Positions 34,209 through 43,357 of a DNA stretch of 43,357 bases are shown in pieces. The DNA comes from Trichosphaerium sp. ATCC 40318 (taxonomy: Eukaryota; Protista; Tubulinea). Below the pieces are notes generated by a model. That model worked only from the letters and a program-made list of their open reading frames with translations. It did not search any database and was not told where the DNA came from. A program made the translations under genes and the position numbers. Every line of letters starts with the position of its first letter. The first letter of the stretch is position 1. The stretch is taken from the NCBI GenBank assembly GCA_038496445.1, contig JALMLS010000406.1:1-43357 (forward strand), written 5' to 3'.

Positions 34209-34688
34209 AAGATCTCTAACTCTACAGGCTATTACCATGATAGAGTATAAAAATGTGCCAATTTGTTATGCTGGCCAATATACTGTGCACAGTGCGCCAA
34301 CTAGGTTTTCGTTTGAATTTGAACCATGAGCTCCCTTTACGAGGAAGATAAGTCAGGCGTTATAGCCTTCTTCAGAACCCCAATAAACTAAGCACAATTG
34401 CATTGACTACCCTACCACGATGAACAGACACAAAGTCATATTCAAATGATTTGTTCTAATTCCCTGTATCGACTCCAAACGCATAGGAATGTGTTTTGTA
34501 CACTTGCAGACTATTTGATCATTTTTGAGCATCTCGCAAACCCAATAAAGGCTCAATTTTTTACCTACTATGGTGATACTCCTGCTAAATTCCTTTGCTT
34601 AGCGATACTAATTAGCTCACAAATTCTCCCGCACAATATGAACAAGGATTTGCTTCTCGAATTTTTGCAACAGTATCGCAACGTTTAA

Positions 34689-36745
34689 AGGAAAGTAAGT
34701 TTGGCTGATACTTTGTACACGGCACTTTCACAACACTGTAAGTTGTGCAGTGGAGCTAAAATGTATTTTTGAGCTAAATAAAGGTCAAAATTCATCTTTT
34801 TTTTTTTTTGCCGTAAAATTCATTTTTTTTGAAATTCACGTGCTGTCAAATAAATTACACTATAAAAGGTATAACAACATGAGTTATACCAAGGAGAAGT
34901 GTATCATGTGCAATAAATGTACTAAAAAAGGCAATAGACTAAAAGTTTCTAAAAATGATACCAATTGGACAATTGGTCACAAAATAGTGTTTCCCACACG
35001 TGAGATAACACTACAGGAAGGTTACATTCATAAATCATGTTTTAAAAAGTACCCAACCCGAGAAGATGTATGGCCCTCACACCTAAAAAAAATTAACAAT
35101 ATTTTTGGAATTCTGAAACTCTTATCTATCAAAAAATTTCATTACCTCAGTTGATGTCCCATACTAATCCAACTACAGCCTTTTTTTTTTTAATGCTCTT
35201 TTTTTTTTTCTCATCTTACCTTAGGTGTTGACATCAACATTTTCAGGCAATTGCCATGTTGAAAGGAGTGTGCCTAAAGGTGTTGAGCGTTGTACAACAG
35301 ATTCATATGTGTTTGCAAATGTGGGACAGATTTTGGAGCTTTGCAAACAATATTACATCATGGGGGCTAAAAACACTTGTGTGCTTAATGTAGACGTTTT
35401 TGTGGATGGTTGTGGTGCTAGCATGGTGGCAGAGACTTCTGACTACAGTATACATTGCGTAGACTTGGATGCTAGGGTATGTAAGGCAGTTTTTATGTTT
35501 TTTAATTGATGTCACTTGTTATTATTGTTTCTATTTTCTCATTTTTATACAGAAGGCTAATAGAAGATGGACTATTAATTGTTTGGTAGCCTCTGCTACA
35601 CTGCTCAATGGATTAAATTGGAAACAAGCAATGGATTTTTTGAAAGTGATCAAGGTGCATGGTATCACTCGAGACCGATTTAAACTATGTACCAAAATAT
35701 TTCAAACCAAAGTTGAGCAGTTAACTTTGATGGAGGACGAAGCCATGCTCACTGGTCTTAACAAAGTATATGCTTTAACAGGGCAAGGTGCATGTATTGA
35801 ATTTGATGAACAACACTCTAGACCTCAACGGATGGGCACCCAAGCCCCATATGCCACTGCAACTTTTATTTGTTCAAAAACACAAAAAATTATTGTTCAA
35901 GGCCATGCTGATGCTGCTATCAGCAAAGCCTATAACTGTCTTAGCAAAGAAAAAGCTTCTAGAAATCATGGTATGGGGTATTTGGCATCAAACTTAACCA
36001 AGATAGATCATTTAGTCAGTGATGAATCCAGTGGAGCTGCTAAGTCAATATGTGATATTATTAAAGCTATTCCTAGACATGGCGGCTTACAACATCATTA
36101 CGACGTTTGGCATAAACAACGAAAGGTAGTTAAAAAATTCAAAGCATTTAGGGATCAACGCTGGAAAGCACGTGGAAATTATGTGTACCCAGAACTGCAA
36201 AAAATCCCAATACCTTTTTTCAAAAAACATTGGGACTTTACATGTGAACATGCTTTTGGCAGTGAATATACCTTTCAATGTCATTGGCTCTCTTTTTTAG
36301 AGCGCAGTGTTGATGCAGGGTTTGTAACCAACTGTAGTTTCTCTTATGAAGGCCTTGGATTGTTTTTACTTGAAACAGCCCTCGATGAAAAGCACTATTT
36401 GTTGGGGTTACGAACTGCAAATTGTGAAAGCTTTCATGCCGTGGCAAACATGTATTGTCCAAAAGGAATGGATCAAACGTTTAAAATGTATTGCTGTAGA
36501 AAGTCTTTGGCTAGGTTACATTGGAATAGTGCTTTGGACTCACCTGAAAAAGTTATGCAGATCAAAAGATGGTTAATAAGTCAAACTTTGGACACTTATT
36601 TTTTGTAAAAAATTGAGCTTCACGACAACCATAGGAAAAAAAAATAAAATTAGCCTTTAGATTACCAACTGCAATACTAATTGACACCATGTGATGTCAA
36701 TTTTATTGAAATGTGTAATTTCTGGTATTCCAAACACAATATCCT
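34689..36745 (+). mobile_element. Kolobok-type DNA transposon, 2057 bp, TTAA TSD, imperfect 16-bp TIRs
   Basis: Left end TTAA|AGGAAAGTAAGTTTGG and right end CCAAACACAATATCCT|TTAA (12/16 TIR match), enclosing a DDE transposase. Confidence 0.82.
34879..36608 (+). CDS. Kolobok/Mutator-like (PF20700-type) DDE transposase, 2 introns
   Basis: N-terminal CxxC...HxxC, then FDEQHS (D1), LVSDES (D2), HHYDVWH, TANCESFH (E) and YCPK...R..LARLHWN. No stops after splicing. TATAAAAG at 34861. Confidence 0.85.
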
Positions 36746-36849
36746 TTAAGTTGTAATGAAATGCAAACTTTTTTATTTTTTTTTCAGTTTTTGTTTTCTT
36801 TTTTGTTTTGGTGACAAATTAATACAGCGTTGCTTATAGCCTTAATTAA

Positions 36850-38258
36850 CTATGCTTTTAACTGAACAAGAAGTAGTTTACGAATAGCATGAGTAACAAC
36901 GTTATTGTACGTCTTGATAGTAGTACGACATTGCCTAAAAGAAAAGTTTAACAAAGTTGTAAAACGCTACAAAAAATTGAGGTCAAGCCCCTTTGTCTTC
37001 TTTGACTGAATTACGTACCTTGTTGTTGGATTAGTCTCTACTCTTACCATACAAACAACTTGTCCATTACCGCTGTAAAATGTTCCAGCACCAACAAAAT
37101 TGTGCTTATTAGGATCAACATGATTGAGAATACTAAAGCGAAGTCCAAACGTCATAACCTTAGCAATAGCCTCCAAACCGACTTCAGGTTTAGCATTAAA
37201 GTGATCAGTGGCTTCATTAGGGGCTCCTTTAATTTGACGCCACATATTCTAAAGCAAGATAAGCCTCAAACACGTGGAACTTTAGAATAACAAAAAAAAA
37301 ATCAAAAATCAAAGAAATCTACAAATCAAAGTTCTTCTTTGCGAGACGTACAACAAATTGCGCTTGCGTCATGTTAATAAGAGGTTCGATGAATTTAACA
37401 GCGGTTACTGGTAGCTTTATCTTTAAATCACGACGATGACGACCGCCAACTAGAAAACTCAAATTCAGCATTGGGTGACTGCCAGTAAAAGGTGCATTGC
37501 ATCTCAATAGTAGAAGTAATTGTGCCTAACATTATCAGTATAAAATTAAATGTCATCACTCTGTCTGAATGAAGAAAAACAGCTCGAAACAAAACAGTTG
37601 TTTGTTTCTTTCAAACACAAACAGAAATTGTAGCGTACTTTGTCTCTTCCTTTAATTGCGCCAACAATATGGTTTGGGGCTTGTACAACGCAACTTGGAA
37701 AGGCCGGGAACATAGTGTTGACAGCTGTCAATGGTTCTTGCGTTATATTACACAATGTGAGTACCATACGTCCTATAATGAAGTTCGTTAGGTTAAACAC
37801 GCGTTAAATAGAAAAAAAAGTTCTGCTGTAGGTAAAAAAATTGCTGTAGCTAACCATACAATGAGCTATATAAAATTAAACAACGTGCAGATGGCGCAGT
37901 ACGTTTAGTGTACAAAAATAGACAAAATCCAAAATCGATGCGTATAGAAGCTATATAACGCACCCGAGTTGCCAGAGTACTCGCTCTTTAGGCTGATGTG
38001 TAGAACATCGTCCTCGTACAAAACGCCCTCGTATAGAACGCATAACCGCTTGAATAGAAGCTCGTTATGGTCACCAATGTTGTTAACAACTGGTTTAGCT
38101 TTTTCAGCTTTAGGCACTACAAATGGATCGATAGGTTTTGAGGCAGCGACTGGCGTTGGCATTATGAGTGGTTGAGCCACTGGTTGAGCTGCTGGAGCTG
38201 TAGTGGGAGATGGTGATGCCCCTGTGTCTAAAATGCCGAAAGGATCGTAGTTTGCCAT
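36850..38258 (-). CDS. Stand-alone AP-2 alpha-adaptin appendage (ear) protein
   Basis: FKRLCV..EGVLYEDD.L.I.LKSEY...GRMVL, LKLPV...KFIEP, VDPNKHNFVGAG and VCMVRVETN. Preceded only by a ~60-aa Pro/Ala linker; no trunk. Confidence 0.85.
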
Positions 38259-38376
38259 TTGAAGCGTTCACTTATGGCTTGTTTGTAATCCAAAACGTTA
38301 ATTTAATTGTATTGTATTTTTTTACTTTAGAACCTCTACGACTAGCGCTCCCAAGTCTTACAATGTCTGACAATGG

Positions 38377-38849
38377 TTAAACGCACGACCTCATATATGT
38401 AGTGCAAACGGTAGTGGCGTTACCCCCTGTTAACAATCAAAAAAGAAAACAAACCCACATACAGTGGGGAGTTGTATCCAATGGCAGAGCAGCAGTATAA
38501 AGAATGTGGGCAGGTGCGTAACGCGTCCGTTACTTTGGTTCGGGACGAAAACAAAAATCAAAGCCCCTTTTGGCACGGAAACTGTAACCTTGCTGAGTGT
38601 ATCGCTTCTCTACGAGAAAGTAGCGTCTACTGTCTTTTCCAGCAATTACGCAATTGTTTTTTATTTTACAAATTCTTTACTGTTTCACTCCTACGACGGT
38701 TGCACGATAGCACTGCGAGCATAAAAACAAAAGATTCTGCCAAGTTTTGTTCAAAAAGGTTACTTTTACTGATAGCTCATTACCTTTAGGGTGCTGATAC
38801 CAGTGACGAAGCGCCAGAGTATACCAAGTACGTTATCTAAACTACTCAT
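38377..38849 (-). CDS. Possible small multi-exon gene, unknown function
   Basis: MSSLDNVLGILWRFVTGISTLK|NLLFLCSQCYRA... continues across plausible GT-AG introns. The model is uncertain. Confidence 0.3.
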
Positions 38850-38931
38850 TTTGGCATTTGACGTAATTGCCACTTGTAGAATGCTCTTACGCACCGCCAA
38901 ACCATCCAGTAATCCTCCCCTAAAGTTTTCA

Positions 38932-41900
38932 ATGTCATCAGATGAAGAGGATATAAGCGACGAAGATTGGGAGGATGACATGACGTTTGAGAGCGGCGAT
39001 TTCTCTCATAGGTGCGTTATCCATTTGTAGAAGATTTATTTTCTCGCGTTGCACCTCATTCCATCAATTTCTAAGTGAGTGTAGTCGCGTAGCAACTGTT
39101 GGACGTCAGGGCAGAACACCAGAGGAATTAACTTTCGCAAAAGGTTGTGATTACACTTTCTCGCGTTCTCTTAGCTAATTGTGGTGCTATTCCTTTAGGT
39201 GATATCATTTACGTCTGTCAAGTTGACCAACAAACTGGATGGTGGTGTGGAATGTTAAATAACGCAATAGGATTATTTCCTGTAAATCTCACTGCTGCTA
39301 CCGGGGAGAGAGTGCGAGCTGAGGTAATATTTTTTATTGAATGTTTTTGAGTCTAACTTGTAGTTTAGTCTTCCACGTCTGATTGGGATGATTGGACATA
39401 CATTGCTGGTGAAGTGAGTGTTTCTTATTACGCACCTTTGTGTTTCTTATGGTTGCTTCTTCTAGCGTGAAAGCCAGTACAATATCACCGCATTACCAGG
39501 TGATGAGGGATTTAAGTATGTCGCTATAGCTGACTACGAAGCTACTAAAGACAGGGAATTATCGTATGTGATATTGCAAAGACTTTTACGAGTAGCCTTG
39601 TGGTGTAAATTAATGGTTTGTTGAAGGTTTTCAAAAGGAGATGTCTTTAGTAGTGTAGAGCAAGGAGAAAATTGGTGGTTAGCCTCACTTAATGGTGAAG
39701 TAGGAGAAATACCTTCTAACTATGTTCGGTTGGTTAAACACTCGAAAGCAAGGTAAACTCTTTTTTTTTTCCTGTTCATAAGTTACTTCTTTTCTTCTCA
39801 TGGATTGTTTAGTATTTCAAATGGTCTTAATGGTTTTGGCAATGAGACTTTCTCCCAAGGGAATATTATCCCACCTGCACCTTCAAGGCCAGTGTCAACA
39901 GTACCGCAAAAGATGGGTAAGAGAAAATCAGACTTATTAAGTAAAACCCTAACAATTTTCTTATATTTGTAGCAGCTCCACCTATTACTCCTAGAAGAAA
40001 AGGTAAACAAAACAATAGGAAAAAAGGACAAAACAAAACCAAGAAAGGACCTGAAAAATTACGGAATAACGTGTCAAATGTGCGTACCTTGTCAAGTCAT
40101 TTTTACAGAGAATATACAACAATTTTCACTCAAATCCGCCATCTTCTGTATGAACGCGTTTTAAGAGGCGCAACCCTTGTAAACATTTGGGAAAATGTCT
40201 CAAACTGCTAAATTCAGCACTGCCTCTGCTGAACAACCAGTTGGAGACTATTTATCTTCTCTTTGAAAAAAATCCCTAAAAACTGATTTGTTGTTTAGAG
40301 AGGACCAAAGCCACCAAAACGTTTACACCCACCTGGTGCCCCTAAAAATAATACAAGTACAAAAGATCAAAAGAGGGATAGTGCACGAAGGAACCAAACT
40401 CTTCGCAGTGAAGGCACAAAACGTCGTAAAAAAGGAAAAAAGAATACCGCTTCAACACTTCGTGGTACTAAAAGATCATTTGGTCCTAAGAAGATGCCAC
40501 GACCTGCAAAGAAGTCTATTATGCCACCTAAGAGTGGTCCTGGTGGCAAGAAGATGCCACGGTTCAACCAACCTAATTTAAGGCGACCTAAACGGCCTGG
40601 AGCAACGAAAAAGCAAGTACAAGGCAATCTTCCAAAGAAACGATATAATCAGCCTGTACCTGCTATTCCAAAGTCTCCTAGGAAGGTCTCAAGGTTTCAG
40701 GAGCCAAGTATACATGCCACTAGTTCTATGAGGGGCAAACTGAGCCCTCGAGGGAATGACTACGGTTCACCTAGACCTAGTGGTGTAGCTGGTGGGCAGT
40801 CCTTTCATAAACTGCCTACTGGAGCAAAACATGCCAAAAAGATTAGGAACGTTGATGTTGTTTATGTTTATTGCATAGCAGACTTTACAGCATCTCAAGC
40901 AGGTGATTTAACAATCATGAAAGGTGATAAGATCATATTGTTGTCTAAAGAGAAGGATCCATGGTGGCGAGGTGAATTCAATGGTGTAGTTGGCGTATTT
41001 CCTTCAAACTTTGTTTCAACTGGCAGCTCAAGAAAGGTACGAAAATTACTGGATAGTTTTTTTTGGATTTTTATTGCATGCTTTATTGTTGCCTCACACA
41101 TTTTCTTAGAGGAAAAAAGTATCAGTTACTAAAGCTAGAGCGTTATATGATTATACACCTAAATCTGATGACACAGAGCTTGGGTTTAGTAAAGGTGATG
41201 TAATCAATATTTTCACAAAGCTTGAAGGCTGGTGGGAAGCAGAAATTGATGGTGTAAGAGGTTGGGTGCCTTCAAAGTTTATGGAGGATGTTACAGATGA
41301 AGAGAGTAGTACAATGTCTTCATCTGGTCTCATTCATTGTCGAGCATTTGGTGCTTACACACCAAAAAGAAAGGACGAATTAGGCATGAAACCAGGTATG
41401 TAGTTTGAAATTTTCTGCGTTGAAGTTTTCGACCCAACCACTATGAAAAATCTTTCTTTTTCTAATGGATACGGCCATACAACCATGAAAGCTCCGTGTC
41501 TCTTTCCGAACCGCGAAGATAAGCATGGTATGGCCCTGCCAGTACTTGGGTCCGTGAGGACCAGGGAACGTAGGGTGCTGTATTCATTTTACTTTTTTGC
41601 TTTCACACTTCAGCCTACCCACGTGGGGTAGGAGTGTAAGCACGTTTTTGCCTGTGCTCAACCTAACGATTATTTCTCAAATTTTCTTTCTCAAGGTGAT
41701 GTTTTTGTTGTTTTGAATCAAAAGAAGCGATGGTGGAAAGCTAGAAATATTCAAGGACAAGTTGGTTTAATACCATCTAATCATGTTGAGATTGTTAACT
41801 GTACGACAAGGCTCACTATTTTAATCACAGATAGCTCTGTCTCTAAGCTCTGTGAATTTTTTTTTATGTTTTTCAAGTTTCGACTGACTTATATGTTAAG

Positions 41901-42602
41901 ATGACCTTCTTGTAACGGATGATGGTATCAACCTTGAGAATACGCTTAACCAGACAGTTGATGATACACGAAAGACTAGACGTGTACAAGTGTTCTCTGG
42001 CTTGTTGAAAAGAAAGGATGTCAATTCCGCATTAATTGATCGTGAAACTGCTGCTGCTTTGCAGCTTCAGTCTACTGAAGATGCATTAGAAGCTGCTAAA
42101 CATCAAGCTATGAATAAGACAAAGGCAGGGTGGCTTAAAAAGTACTCTGCATCACTAATCGGGAAGCGATGGAAGCCTGTATATTGCATATTGGATGTAT
42201 CACAAAACTCGATGATTTTTTACAAAAACGCTGCTTCAACCAAACCAAAACAAATTTTATCACTAGCAGATGTCGATTCTGTTCAGCCTGATTCTCCTAG
42301 TAACGTATCAAGTAGCGTAGTGTATTCTTTCACGCTCAATTACAGTGGTACGTACTCAAGAGGAAAACAACAAAAGAAGAAAACCAGAGTCGAGAATTCC
42401 TTTCGCTTTATTTTTTTTCAGTCGAAACATAGTGTACTCACAAAGTTATCACTTAGGGAAAGCAGGTTATTTTGGTGCTGATAGCGAACTGGAACGAGAT
42501 GAGTGGATGGACACTATTGACTTTTCTCTTGCGTTTAATAACGACAAGACTCTTTCAGAGTTTGGTAAACGACTAGTTGACCCTAAGAAAGGTAAAAAGT
42601 AA
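38932..42602 (+). CDS. Multi-SH3 (5x) adaptor with Pro-rich linker and C-terminal PH domain
   Basis: Five SH3 signatures (e.g. AIADYEA..DRELSFSKGD..NWW..GEIPSNYV; ALYDY..ELGFSKGD..GWWEA..GWVPS). PH domain KAGWLKK..KRWK..ERDEWMDTI. Confidence 0.9.
41467..41585 (+). rRNA. 5S rRNA gene (119 nt) inside an intron of the SH3-PH gene
   Basis: GGATACGGCCATAC...GGTGCTGTATTC, with helix I GGAUACGGC/GCUGUAUUC, CCGAAC loop, A-box AGATAAGC and AGTAC. T-run terminator follows; TATGAAAA lies at about -25. Confidence 0.95.
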
Positions 42603-43101
42603 TCTTTTATGCAAACCTTTTCTTTAAAAGGTTTTTTAAACACGTGTAATTATATGTAATATTTCCCCCTAAGATGTAATAATACCAGCAATCATTTCAA
42701 CGAGTTGTATGTTTTCTTATTTATGATGTTTAAAAAGGGTTTTTGAGCAGATAGATGTATATAAATTGGCGCTAGGAACTCTAGAATGTGTTTTGGCGTA
42801 TTTGTTTTTTATTGGTAGCAAGTGTCAGAATGTCAATAGTGGGCAACAATTGACGCTTGATAGTAACTCTCTATACCGGAGAATGCTTCTTTGAAGCATT
42901 TTAGCGCATTTTAATGTTTTTTCGTCTGTTCTTTGCTGCGTTCCACATCGTAGTAACGTGATGCAGTATTTTAATGGTGTCAAGCGTAGTGCGTGTAGTT
43001 AATAATTGTTTAAAACAATTCTTCAGGAGATTCGATGTGTTTGACAATTCTGTTCTGTGAACTTCATTAAACTTGCCAAAGTCACTTTTTAAGACACCAA
43101 C

Positions 43102-43357
43102 ATGGCACAACAACAAGCCTCTATCACTGTAAAGTCTAAACTCGTTGGAGAAAACGACTTGCGTCGTGTTACTCTCCCTGCTGAAGGACTAACATTTGTA
43201 CTCCTCGCGGAAAAGCTTAGAACTTTGTATGCATACAAGGACATCTCTAAAGCGAAGATTAAATACCTCGACCCTGAAAATGACAAGATTACCGTACGCC
43301 ACAGTGGGTCATAGTGGGAGTTCTTAAAATTGTCTTAGATATCCTCTGATGAAGAAT
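43102..43357 (+). CDS. PB1-domain protein (5' part, runs off the window)
   Basis: ITVKS....DLRR...IKYLDPENDKIT|ISSDEE shows the PB1 basic Lys and the OPCA acidic motif. Confidence 0.82.

Overview
Eukaryotic nuclear DNA from a gene-dense protist, most likely an amoebozoan (inferred from the 5S sequence, the GPCR type and gene content). Introns are many and short (about 40-90 nt), with GTACGT-type donors. Positions 1-7108 carry one complete, highly divergent rDNA unit on the minus strand: a 2.65-kb SSU, 5.8S and LSU, with AT-rich expansions in a GC-rich core. Its upstream spacer holds nine hairpin repeats with co-varying stems. About 18 protein genes follow: TPX2, DTWD1, an LRR membrane protein, metE, a GH113-like hydrolase, a Trp-rich repeat/PD-(D/E)XK protein, an F-box-like protein, a cAR/GPR157-like GPCR, a glycosyltransferase, a GPI-anchored protein, RDM1, an F-box/MORN-variant protein, a stand-alone AP-2 alpha-ear protein, a 5xSH3-PH protein and a PB1 protein. 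There is also an intact Kolobok-type transposon and a 5S rRNA gene inside an intron. The main finding is a gene the ORF track misses (14434-14869, minus). It has 5 exons and two in-frame TGA codons, and a canonical type-II SECIS element lies just after its TAA stop. It predicts an 80-aa tail-anchored protein with two selenocysteines that matches no selenoprotein family I recognise. All gene models were spliced by hand and need RNA-seq confirmation.
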